NCBI GenBank assembly: GCA_963707025.1
Contig: CAVPOM010000014.1
Coordinates: 261,424 to 325,423 of the forward strand
Source: an uncultured Verrucomicrobiae bacterium
GTDB lineage: Bacteria; Verrucomicrobiota; Verrucomicrobiia; Limisphaerales; Palsa-1400
Direction of reading: 5' to 3'
Length of the DNA: 64,000 bases
Below are positions 55,078 through 64,000 of this stretch, one piece after another. The stretch's first letter is position 1. Each line of letters starts with the position of its first letter. The translations under genes were made by a program, and so were the position numbers. Under the pieces are notes generated by a model, which saw only the letters and a list, made by a program, of their open reading frames with translations, had not been told where the DNA came from and searched no databases.

Positions 55078-57941
55078 ATCGGCTCCTGTTTGGATGTTGG
55101 AATAGTCTGTCTCGAGTATAACCGCAAATTACGCGACTTCGGTTTGGTGGGTAACAGCGGTGCGATCATCTTCTCGTAGAGGGAAAAAAGGAATTCGACA
55201 CGTTCCCGGTCAGAGCGGAAAGGTTCAGATCGGTAGCATTGCTCCACCGCCCGGTCCAGTTCTGCGTGGGCGCGAACAAGCATGGGCGGCATCCTCAAAG
55301 GATCGTAAATGTCTGCGAGCGTAGCCGTGCCGCGCGGCGGAAGGTGCGGCTCCCTTGCAGCGAGAACGGCGAGCGCCTTTTCCTCCACTCTATTGCGCTT
55401 GGCAGTGGTGACGTTCGGCCAAGGGAAATTGTTGTACACCAGACTATTTGAGTAGCGATACCGGGACTCCAACCGCCCACAGATTTGGCGCACCCATGCC
55501 ATGTGCATGGTGGATGACAGAATACCGAAGTGAAACGGCTCTGCGCCCTCGCAAAAATAAATCTCCGATGCTATGATTGTTTCAGACGGTAGAAAAGCAA
55601 TAGGAATATATTTTCTGCGTTCAGAGGATGTTTTTGGAATTGCGAGAAAGCGCTTTGTGGGTTGACGAAGTTCAGCGAAGACAGATGGTTCAGACGCCTT
55701 TTCTCTGGTCGGTGCCTTTTTGCTGGCAAGCCGGAAGTCTCGTACCGCCGAAATCCTCTCCATGACCCCAGCAAGGGCACCAAATTCGTGCGTGTTTGCA
55801 TCACGCAACCAGAGACAGTGGCGTTCAATTCCGTTGATAAAATCATCAGCACTCACATAAGGACGTATGAACTTTTTGGCGGCAGGCCATTTCTGGATAA
55901 AGCGCGCGGCCTCTCCCGGTGCAAAAATCAGATTTCCACCGTCAGTTGCTTTGCTGCCAAAGACCAGTTGGGGGACATCCGCAGAAATTGGCATTGACCT
56001 TGAGATGACAACACTGTCGCTGCCTTCGATCAAATAAGGACTGATATTTACTGCCGGTGAAATTGTGACCTTATCCGATTCGTAATCATAAATGCGCTTG
56101 CCCGGTGTATCGGAGGTCGCGAAACCAATAATGACCACATGGACATGGGCTTTACCCCGCGCCTCGCTGGCCCACGGAAATGTTCGATGCGCGAAGATAA
56201 TCTTCAGATGATATTTTGCAAAAAGCTCACCCCAGAGAATGCCGACTTGCTCCCCTTGGCTGATTGAATTTGTGGAAACGAATCCGACGTGGATTTGTGT
56301 GCCTTGGATATACTCAGCCGCTTTGAAATACCAGGCCGTAACATAGTCGAGGACACCATTTGATTTAACCTTCCCGCAAAGAACTTCCATGTCCGCCTTT
56401 TGCTCCACCGTCTGAAATTCTTTCCCAACAAACGGTGGATTGCCGAGGATGTAGCTGCATTGCTCCGGCGGCAGAATTGTTTTCCAATCGAGCCGGAGAG
56501 CATTGCCACAATGAATGTGTGGCGAGTTTTTGAGCGGCAGGCGTTGGTAAAGCTGGCCGAAAGCTTCAGACACTTTCAAGTTCATCTGGTGGTCCATGAG
56601 CCAGAGCGCCACTTCGGCAATGCGTGCCGGCCATTCGCCAATTTCGATGCCGTAGAATTGATCCACATCAACCTGGGAAAGTTTGGTGATTTCGTCCAGC
56701 GTAAGTTCCGTTTGTTTGCCGAAAAGTTCCTTGAGCGTTTGGAGTTCAAGCTGACGCAATTCGCGGTAGCCGATGACGAGAAAATTTCCACAGCCACAGG
56801 CAGGATCGAGGAAACGGAGTTTGCAGAGCTTGGCGTGGAATTCCTCCAGGCGCGCGCGGCGTCCAGTCGAGCGGTCGGCCTTGCGATTTTCAAATTCGGT
56901 GCGGAAGTCGTCCAGGAAGAGTGAGCGGATGACTTTGAGGATGTCGCGCTCGCTGGTATAGTGTGCGCCGATTTGACGGCGCTTTTTGTCATCTATGATG
57001 GATTGGAAGAGCGAGCCAAAAATGGCGGGCGAAATGCGCGACCAATCCATGCGGGTGCAGGCGAGCAGGGCGTTTCGCATGTCACGGTTGAAATCAGCAA
57101 AGCCCAGATGTTCGTTGAACAAATCGCCATTGACGTAAGGGAATTCCGCGAGTGTCTCATCAAGGTTCCTCTGGCGTTTTAGTGGCGGGGTGTTCAGGAC
57201 TTCAAAAAGCCGGGCGAGACATTGGCCCAAGTCTGAGCCGTCCGGCGCGGTGCGGTTTTCGATGAAAAGACGGAATGATTCGCGCTCGAAGATGCCGGTG
57301 TCCTCGGCAAATAGGCAGAAGAGAATACGGACAAGAAACCGTTCCAAGTCGTGGCCGGTGTAACCGCCGGCTTCAAGGGCATCGTGAAGCTCGCCCATGA
57401 TTTGGACGGCCTCAATGTTGATGGGGTCTTGTTCCTGAAATGTATGCTGCTTGTAGCCTGCGATGAACGCAAATTGATGGACATGGCGATGAAAATCGGC
57501 GAGCGGGAATTCGTACGTGACGCCACGCTTCTTGGGGGATAGCGGCAGATCGCGCTGTTCTTCCGGTTCAAGGTCATGCAAGGCAATCCGCGCAAAATCA
57601 GAAACAATGATGTACCGGGGGATGTCCTTTTTGCGGTTTTCATCGCGGGCCAGGTCTTGGATATATCGGAAGGCTTGGGATTCGGCTTTGCCCAGGTCTT
57701 TGCCAAAGCTTTTATGTTCGACAATCAGTATGCCCGGCCAGAAAAGATCAATGAAGCCGTAGTCGCCAGTAATCCGTTTGACCGGCTCCTCAAAACTGGC
57801 CACTGTGCGGCGGCGAATTCCAAAGACGGCAAAGAATTCGTCCCAAAACGATTTGCCTTCGGCCTCCTCGCGGGTTTCCCCTGCCCATTCTTTGGCAAAA
57901 CCGATGGCGTTATGGCGAATTTCATTCCATGAGATCGGCAT
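55074..57941 (-). CDS. MmeI-like type IIL restriction-modification enzyme
   Basis: FIDLFWPGILIVEHKS, GAHYTS, LDPACGCGNFL, GNPPF, SSERRKYIPI, VYNNFPWP. Confidence 0.93.
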   Translation of the reverse strand: MPISWNEIRHNAIGFAKEWAGETREEAEGKSFWDEFFAVFGIRRRTVASFEEPVKRITGDYGFIDLFWPGILIVEHKSFGKDLGKAESQAFRYIQDLARDENRKKDIPRYIIVSDFARIALHDLEPEEQRDLPLSPKKRGVTYEFPLADFHRHVHQFAFIAGYKQHTFQEQDPINIEAVQIMGELHDALEAGGYTGHDLERFLVRILFCLFAEDTGIFERESFRLFIENRTAPDGSDLGQCLARLFEVLNTPPLKRQRNLDETLAEFPYVNGDLFNEHLGFADFNRDMRNALLACTRMDWSRISPAIFGSLFQSIIDDKKRRQIGAHYTSERDILKVIRSLFLDDFRTEFENRKADRSTGRRARLEEFHAKLCKLRFLDPACGCGNFLVIGYRELRQLELQTLKELFGKQTELTLDEITKLSQVDVDQFYGIEIGEWPARIAEVALWLMDHQMNLKVSEAFGQLYQRLPLKNSPHIHCGNALRLDWKTILPPEQCSYILGNPPFVGKEFQTVEQKADMEVLCGKVKSNGVLDYVTAWYFKAAEYIQGTQIHVGFVSTNSISQGEQVGILWGELFAKYHLKIIFAHRTFPWASEARGKAHVHVVIIGFATSDTPGKRIYDYESDKVTISPAVNISPYLIEGSDSVVISRSMPISADVPQLVFGSKATDGGNLIFAPGEAARFIQKWPAAKKFIRPYVSADDFINGIERHCLWLRDANTHEFGALAGVMERISAVRDFRLASKKAPTREKASEPSVFAELRQPTKRFLAIPKTSSERRKYIPIAFLPSETIIASEIYFCEGAEPFHFGILSSTMHMAWVRQICGRLESRYRYSNSLVYNNFPWPNVTTAKRNRVEEKALAVLAAREPHLPPRGTATLADIYDPLRMPPMLVRAHAELDRAVEQCYRSEPFRSDRERVEFLFSLYEKMIAPLLPTKPKSRNLRLYSRQTIPTSKQEPI

Positions 57942-57977
57942 GACGGAGGAGTGTGCTCCGATGTGTCGCCGCCGTCA

Positions 57978-58011
57978 ATGCTCTTGGTTCTGTCATGCTC
58001 TTGGTTCTGTC
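57978..58011. repeat. perfect 17-bp tandem duplication ATGCTCTTGGTTCTGTC
   Basis: 57978-57994 and 57995-58011. Confidence 0.85.
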
Positions 58012-58919
58012 GGGTGGTGCGGCGGTTTCGTTGGGCACTCGCTGGCATTTCGGCTGCGGTGCGATGGGTGTGGGGGCGCGACACAGGCGATTTGCCCATA
58101 ATGAAGCGAAGCGAAATGACCCCAAAACCCCGCCGCTGATTCCCTCCCGATGCGGAGCGTCCGGCGTGGAATTGGGAGTGCAGGGGGATTTAGCAGTCCC
58201 GGTGACACGGCGGCGCGAAGCTGGTCAAGGCTGCTGGCCCTGGCCGGGGTGCGGGGCCGCGATGTTCCGACTTCTGAAGGCCGGGTGAGACGGGGGCCGT
58301 CGCCTGGTGGGTGGTGGGCAGGCGTAAGGCCACCGGCTTGCCCGGACCGGCCAGAGGTCGGATTGATGTTGGGGGCGTTGTGAGGGCGGAAGTTTCGGCA
58401 AGGCCCTGATGCGCGGCGTGCCGGCTGATGGGACTTGGCGAAAGCTTACGCGCTCATGGCGCCGGGGCAGCCTGTCTTCGACGATTTGAGACGGTGTAAC
58501 GGCGTGGAATGGAAGCGCGGGCCGGTGGAGAGGTTCACCGGGCGGCGCTGGAATGGAGCGGCGTGGAACCGGCTTGAATTGGCGAAGTCAGGCCGCTTCC
58601 CCAGCCGATGTGTCGTTGCGACTCATCGGCGGTTGCCTTCATGAAAAACATTGGAGGCTTGATTTCCGCCAGGGAGCAGCCATCCTCGTTTCAAAAGATT
58701 GGCTGCCGCCGATGCGGATGCGACGGTGCCCTTATCTGGAAACGAACCCAATTGAAAATTGATACCGAGCCGCCCAACGACGGCCTGACTGTACAAAAAA
58801 ATAGGGCAACCCTTTCGGATCACCCAATCGCAATTGCGAGAAGTTGCAATACATATCGGCCATTTGGCCCTGAAAATCAAGCCCTATTTTAAGAATTTTC
58901 GACCCCCTTTCACAGCCTT

Positions 58920-59594
58920 ATGTCCGAAGCCAACCCACCGCCCCAACTCAAAAAGCGCTGCACCATCTACGTGGATGGGTTCAACTGGTACTTTGGCATA
59001 TTCCAGCACCATCCGGCGTGGAAATGGCTGAATGTCCAGTCGTTTTTTGAGGCGTTGCGGCTGGACGAGGATGTTGTTGCCGTCAAATTTTTCACGGCGC
59101 TGGTCGATCCATTAAAGCATGTGAGTACCCGGCGTGACCGCCAGAAACGCTACATGAGGGCGCTCGGCACGCTGCCGAAAGTGAAGATCATTCTGGGCAA
59201 ATATCAGGAGCGCACTGTCACCTGCCGGGCGCATGATTGTATGCGCCGGCTGGAATACCAGGTGCCGGAGGAAAAAAAGACCGATGTGAACATGGCGGTC
59301 AATGTGCTGGAAGACGCCTTTCGGGGGCTGACCGACTCGATGGTGATTGTGTCCGGCGACTCCGATCTTGAACCCGCCGTCGAATGGGTGCGCCGGAATT
59401 ATCCGCAGATAAAAATTACGGTGTACATCCCGGTTTTGGAGGATGAGCGCGAAGAGCGCCGCAACCACAATTATCACCGGATGGGAGTGACCTGCAAACC
59501 ACTCCCGCTGGCAGACATCCCGCGCCATGTATTCCCGGCCACGGTTCGCGTGAACGAAAACGAAACGATCACCCGTCCTGACGAATGGATTTGA
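58920..59594 (+). CDS. NYN-domain (LabA/DUF88, PIN-like) nuclease
   Basis: IYVDGFNWY, EEKKTDVNM, VSGDSDL. Confidence 0.9.
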   Translation: MSEANPPPQLKKRCTIYVDGFNWYFGIFQHHPAWKWLNVQSFFEALRLDEDVVAVKFFTALVDPLKHVSTRRDRQKRYMRALGTLPKVKIILGKYQERTVTCRAHDCMRRLEYQVPEEKKTDVNMAVNVLEDAFRGLTDSMVIVSGDSDLEPAVEWVRRNYPQIKITVYIPVLEDEREERRNHNYHRMGVTCKPLPLADIPRHVFPATVRVNENETITRPDEWI

Positions 59595-59664
59595 ATTGCG
59601 CCAAGGCTCTGACGGTGGCAGCGGCAACGGTTGAGAGGCATTCCAAAGCCGCCTGATTTCCTCG

Positions 59665-61179
59665 TCACTCCCCCCGCTTCCGCATGGGAATGGCAACTAC
59701 TGTATGGCCCCGCAAGGTTGGTTCAAAATTATTCTGGTCAAAGCGAAGGCGCAAACCCGGCTTGCCGTTGCTAAATCTTTTGCCGGCCTTGGTCAGGATG
59801 GCCGTGACCTCAAAACCATTGGCCTGGCCGCCGGTTTTTAAATCTGTGGCGGCGTCGGGCGACACCCAGTATTCATCCGCCCAATGCTCGGCTTCGGAAT
59901 GGGTGGTTTTGCCGCGGCCAAATTGAGAGGTCGTGCTTACTTGCGTCACCCGGTGCTTGCCAATGCTGTCAGAAAAAGCTCTCCGGGTTTCTTCATGGCT
60001 GCACTGGCAGAGCACCTGGGTTTTCAAGCAGGCGCACAACGATTGCACCCGGTGCTGTCCGGCGCTCCCCGCCGACTCCGCAAGATAGTTGCTCCTGTTC
60101 TGAGTCAAATATACCGTGGCGCAATGGGCGCTCCGGGCCGTCGTTTGAAAAAGTTGGTCGTAATCCGTGACGAAGTAATGCGCCTCGTCCGAAAAAAGGA
60201 ACACGGGGCGTTTGCGGTCCGCCCGTCGCTGCAAGGCAAGCTGGACACAAAATTTCCAAACAATCGAAGCGAACCGCCCGGCGGCATGATAATCCAGGAC
60301 GGGCAGATTCACGATCACGATTTTGCCCCGGAAAATGTCGTCCGGGCTGACGGTCGTGTCGCCGCCAAACATCTGGTGCATGAGGCCGGTGCAAAAATGA
60401 TGCGCCACCCCTGCGCTGAACGTGGCGACAATGCTTTGGCGGGTTTTGTCGGGCAGCACGGGAAAGTCCCGGAGCCAATAGGTTTCAGCCATCCTAAAAT
60501 CATGACTGCCGTTTGCGTGGCCGTGCCTGCCCGCCTCAATCAGTTCCCAGCACTTCGATTGCGCCTGCCATTGCACGTCCTTCGCCTGGTCCCGCGAGAG
60601 TGGACCGGACTGAATGATTTCTTTGGCGAGCAACATGCCGGGCGTGGCTCCCGCCGCAACGATCAGGTCCAGCGTGTGACCGATCAGCACCTCGGCGGAC
60701 TGTTTCCAAAACGGGTCGCCGCCTGCCGCGTCATGCTGCGCCATGTTGACTAATTCGGTGAGGATGCGGGTGGCGTTTTTGCTGCCCACTTTCAACCGTG
60801 CGCCGTGCGCCAGTTCATACGCCAGAAAGTTAAAACAACCGCCATCCGGCCCAAAGAAAACGGCGTCTTCCATGCGCCCGTTCTCTGCGAGGTTGCGCCG
60901 CCATTCGTCCGTATCCTCCGGCTTCACCGTCAGCACCAGCCCGCCGTAGCCGGCCCGCAGCATCGCGGCGGCCGTCACCCGCGCAATGGTCGAGCTTTTG
61001 CCGGAGCCGATGTCGCCCCACACCTGCATTCCCTCGTATGATTCTTCGATAGTCCACACGTCCCGATTATTCCACCTTATGAGCGCCCGCCGTCCGTCCC
61101 ACGGCTGCATCGGCGGGGCGAGAAACAAGCTGCTGACGAAGGCAAGCAGCTTGCCAATATACTGCATTAACAAGTTCAT
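59665..61179 (-). CDS. VirD4/TraD-like coupling ATPase
   Basis: GDIGSGKS, FLFSDEAH, ARS...YLTQN. Confidence 0.8.
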   Translation of the reverse strand: MNLLMQYIGKLLAFVSSLFLAPPMQPWDGRRALIRWNNRDVWTIEESYEGMQVWGDIGSGKSSTIARVTAAAMLRAGYGGLVLTVKPEDTDEWRRNLAENGRMEDAVFFGPDGGCFNFLAYELAHGARLKVGSKNATRILTELVNMAQHDAAGGDPFWKQSAEVLIGHTLDLIVAAGATPGMLLAKEIIQSGPLSRDQAKDVQWQAQSKCWELIEAGRHGHANGSHDFRMAETYWLRDFPVLPDKTRQSIVATFSAGVAHHFCTGLMHQMFGGDTTVSPDDIFRGKIVIVNLPVLDYHAAGRFASIVWKFCVQLALQRRADRKRPVFLFSDEAHYFVTDYDQLFQTTARSAHCATVYLTQNRSNYLAESAGSAGQHRVQSLCACLKTQVLCQCSHEETRRAFSDSIGKHRVTQVSTTSQFGRGKTTHSEAEHWADEYWVSPDAATDLKTGGQANGFEVTAILTKAGKRFSNGKPGLRLRFDQNNFEPTLRGHTVVAIPMRKRGE

Positions 61180-61207
61180 AGTTTTTATCCTTTCGTGTTT
61201 AGTTGAC

Positions 61208-61549
61208 TTACAGGTTCACCGACGGCGTCAGGCGCGGCATCATCGGCTTGGCCGCTGCGCTCTCGTTGCCGGGGGGTTGCGCCTCGCCGCCCGTTTTCTT
61301 TGCGCGGGGGCTGCTGCGCTCCTTCTTCTCCATCCGCAAAAAGCGCCCCACCGTGTCTTTGCTGACCGCGACCTGGCACTGCGCCAGCATGGCCGCGATT
61401 TCCCCGGTGCTTGCGCCCTTCCTTTCAAGTTCAATAATTTCCTCCCGCAACGGCATCAAGAGCGCGAACTTGCCGCGCAAGGGCCGCTCATAATCGGCGG
61501 CGAGCGAGCGAAGCTGCTCCTTCACGGCGTCCATATTTAATTGAGTCAT
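61208..61549 (-). CDS. small wHTH-like protein, TraK/StbA-like candidate
   Basis: LREEIIELERKGASTGEIAAML...VSKDTVGRFL; lies in the relaxase operon. Confidence 0.6.
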   Translation of the reverse strand: MTQLNMDAVKEQLRSLAADYERPLRGKFALLMPLREEIIELERKGASTGEIAAMLAQCQVAVSKDTVGRFLRMEKKERSSPRAKKTGGEAQPPGNESAAAKPMMPRLTPSVNL

Positions 61550-61629
61550 ATCGTTTCCTTTCCATTGTCCTGCTCGCGGCTGCCGCGGCGGCGCTTTGCC
61601 GCCGCGCCAAGCAGTCCTAACGCCGTGCG

Positions 61630-61986
61630 TTAGGAGATGGTGTCCTCTCTTGTTCCCCGTCCCTGGAACACCCCCAACACCATCTCCTTCGCTTGGGCTA
61701 CCAGCTTCCGCCAGCCTTTGAGGTGGCGACGATTGATCAACTCAACATCAAACATGACTCCCTGGCTGGTGCAGTAGCAGATGAGGTAGGACAGCAGGAT
61801 GTCGCCCTCGTCCTGGCTGGCCGCAATGATGAGTTCCGTCAGCGCCCAGAGATTGGCTGGAGTCAACGGCTCCGTGCCAGCGACCATCGCCGCCGCCAAA
61901 GCCGCCATCTTTGGGTCGGCCCGGCGAGCGGTGGCACGCGCCAGCGCCAGGAAGTCGGCGTTAATTGTTAGATTTAATGTTTTCAT
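61630..61986 (-). CDS. hypothetical protein
   Basis: 118-aa ORF in mob operon. Confidence 0.6.
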   Translation of the reverse strand: MKTLNLTINADFLALARATARRADPKMAALAAAMVAGTEPLTPANLWALTELIIAASQDEGDILLSYLICYCTSQGVMFDVELINRRHLKGWRKLVAQAKEMVLGVFQGRGTREDTIS

Positions 61987-61990
61987 AGGA

Positions 61991-62335
61991 TTACTCCGAT
62001 TTTTGAGAGCCTTCCGCTACTGTGATTTCGCGGACGGCGGGGGTTGTTTGGGTGCCATTCGATTGCGATTGCCCGCCGCCCACTCGAATGACTTCTGCCC
62101 GCCCCTTCTGGATCACCAAAAGGAGCGGCAAAAGCTGGGTGCCCCGGATGGTCACGGTATGCGTGACGTAGAGCAGGGTGAGAGTGTCCAGACTGGCGCC
62201 CGCCGGCGTCGGGGCGTGATGCGCAAACAACAGCCCGGAATAGGGCAAAACAAACGCGCCGTGCTGGCCGGTCTCAAAGCGGGTGAACAGGTTTTGTTCG
62301 GCGGTCTCGTAACAGGATTTGGATTCGTCGCTCAT
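61991..62335 (-). CDS. hypothetical protein
   Basis: starts 4 nt after the relaxase stop (MSDESKSC..., LPYSGLL). Confidence 0.65.
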   Translation of the reverse strand: MSDESKSCYETAEQNLFTRFETGQHGAFVLPYSGLLFAHHAPTPAGASLDTLTLLYVTHTVTIRGTQLLPLLLVIQKGRAEVIRVGGGQSQSNGTQTTPAVREITVAEGSQKSE

Positions 62336-62339
62336 GGGA

Positions 62340-63512
62340 TTACCGGGCAAGGGATGGCCTGCCGCGTTGCTGGCCGTAACGCTGGGCCTTGCGAATAAAC
62401 CGGGCGGCGTAATAGATTCGCTGCGGGAAAGAGAAGGTCGGGCTGAATGTGTAGGGATTGATGCCCACGGCGCGGACTGCCAGCAACGCCAGACGCACGC
62501 CGGCAATCCAGTCCAACTCCGGGGCGGCGACAATGCCCGGTTGCCGGCGCGGGGCCAAAGGCCGGGTCAAGGGCAGGCGCGGGCCGGCCAGCGCCAGCGC
62601 CTTCACGCGCTCCAACTGCCGGCGCTCCTCGGCGGACAACTGCGCAAGCTGGATTTTCCGCAACGCCTGCGGGGCAATATGCCGTTGCTTTTTGGCCCGG
62701 TTTTGGTGGACAACCCTGGACACCTCGCCCTTGCTCAAGGGCCGCCCTAATTCCTGCGCCCGCAACGCCACCAGCGCGTCCCGTTGCGCGGCCCGCTTGG
62801 AAAACCGCGACATCACGGCGGCGTCAACGCCGCGTATTTGCACGCAACGGTGCCGGTCAAGGTAGGTGTCGTAACCCAGCGCATGCAGGGATTCGGCCAA
62901 GTGCGCCCGGTAAAGTTGCGTCAGGTCCTGGGCGTGGTCGTAAAATGGACGCGCTTCCAAAGCCTTCATCCGCTTCTCCACCGGGTCAAAGGTGACGTTG
63001 AAAACAACGCAATGATGGTGCAACTGCGGATCAAGGGCGCGGCTTTCGCGGTGCGGGAAAATGGCGCAAACCATGTTGCCCGTGACGCGGCTTTGCCTGG
63101 TGTCCGCCGCCGTGCCTTTGCGCACGCGCACGGCGGCCAGTTGCTCGGCGGCTTCCAAGGTGGCGGTTACGGCCTTATCGTGGGCGGCAATAAGGCGCTC
63201 GTCCCCGGCCACCAGCGCCATGACGGAGAGCGATTTTGGCGCGGAGATGGTTAAATCATACACACAGCGCCGGTGGGCCGCCATCCGCTGCGTCAACCGC
63301 GTGCCGTCACCGGGCCGCAACCCCCGGCAGAGGGCCACAAAGTCCGCCTGCCGCACCGGGGCCTGACGGTCAAGGCCCAGCGCCTCGCACCCCCGGCCAT
63401 ACCACCGCCCCGGCGTGTGCTGCTGCTCGTCGTAATAGTCGTCGCGCGACAGGTCCTCCCTAAAATAGACCTCCTCATTCGGGGACGACTTCTGTGCTTT
63501 GATCGCAAGCAT
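62340..63512 (-). CDS. mobF: MobF (TrwC-type) relaxase without helicase domain
   Basis: YF...DDYY, GRWYGRG, YDLTISAPKSLS, HRESRALDPQLHHH, FSKR. Confidence 0.93.
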   Translation of the reverse strand: MLAIKAQKSSPNEEVYFREDLSRDDYYDEQQHTPGRWYGRGCEALGLDRQAPVRQADFVALCRGLRPGDGTRLTQRMAAHRRCVYDLTISAPKSLSVMALVAGDERLIAAHDKAVTATLEAAEQLAAVRVRKGTAADTRQSRVTGNMVCAIFPHRESRALDPQLHHHCVVFNVTFDPVEKRMKALEARPFYDHAQDLTQLYRAHLAESLHALGYDTYLDRHRCVQIRGVDAAVMSRFSKRAAQRDALVALRAQELGRPLSKGEVSRVVHQNRAKKQRHIAPQALRKIQLAQLSAEERRQLERVKALALAGPRLPLTRPLAPRRQPGIVAAPELDWIAGVRLALLAVRAVGINPYTFSPTFSFPQRIYYAARFIRKAQRYGQQRGRPSLAR

Positions 63513-63522
63513 GGCTTTGACC

Positions 63523-63625
63523 GTGGCGCAGTTTCAAGCCGGGCAGCCCCACCAGGGAGCCTGCCAACTGTCGGCAAAACTGCGCCACTCTACCTATCAT
63601 TGTAGGGCGGGCAGGGTGTGTCGCT
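63523..63625. promoter_or_regulatory. candidate oriT / relaxase control region
   Basis: 12-bp IR GTGGCGCAGTTT (63523-34)/AAACTGCGCCAC (63577-88); GCGGGCAGGGTGTG resembles F-type nic. Confidence 0.4.
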
Positions 63626-64000
63626 GCGATCAAGCCGCTCATTTTTCTAAAAAAAGTGGCAAAACATGTGGAAATCTATATTGAAATTCCCCATCCTCCT
63701 CAGCAGACAGTCAAAATTGACCCGCTCAAAGCTGCCTTTCCTCTACCTTCAACTCGCGTGGCGGGGATGGCGGTGGATTCCATGTTGCAAAGGCGGCATG
63801 GGTGAGCGCCACCGCAATGCCTGGCAAGAAGTCGGAAAACGGCCAAAGCCCGCCAATAGTGTCAATACTATTGTTACCAGCATGGCCTGTGTCAGACGGC
63901 CCCAACCTGCCGTTTTATTTTGAAAAATTCGTCGAAATAATTCTTGTATTCAGTGGGCAGGTGTGCGAAAATACTATTCAGTAGATCGCACGTTCAATCT

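Larger units (their letters stand above)
47020..63998. mobile_element. integrative mobilizable element (~17 kb) with defence cargo
   Basis: inverted att arms at 47022-47037 and 63981-63996 (13/16) flanked by AT cores; recombinase, relaxase, coupling-protein-like ATPase. Confidence 0.85.

Noticed and set aside
47020..63998. prophage or self-transmissible ICE
   Set aside because: No virion genes, no VirB4 or mating-pair genes

Overview
This is a GC-rich bacterial chromosomal window. Gene styles (H-X9-DG prepilin-like protein, GYF/DUF4190 protein, REP-like palindromes) suggest Verrucomicrobiota, which is an inference. The housekeeping backbone includes atpBEFHAG, an M16 peptidase, a PAS histidine kinase, an ABC-F ATPase, cysI-H-D-NC, ADH/cupin/AKR, dusB, a DinG-like helicase, a sulfatase, a TolB-like protein, fmt and adk. 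Three mobile elements can be delimited from sequence. (1) A 3,017-bp IS1-family element with passengers (17819-20835; 19-bp TIRs, 8-bp TSD) splits a type IIG R-M gene and carries a 70-nt tRNA-like structure with G3:U70, A73 and CCA. (2) An IS630 (43256-44259) sits inside a REP hairpin. (3) A ~17-kb integrative mobilizable element (47020-63998) encodes a large serine recombinase, a short MobF relaxase, a VirD4-like ATPase, a NYN nuclease and a translationally coupled MmeI-like R-M + 1299-aa SIR2 pair. Its att arms are readable at both ends, and its reconstructed attB matches an empty copy of the same repeat at ~16860-16896. Four single-base insertions in the first 3.6 kb, two of them in atpA, look like assembly errors.
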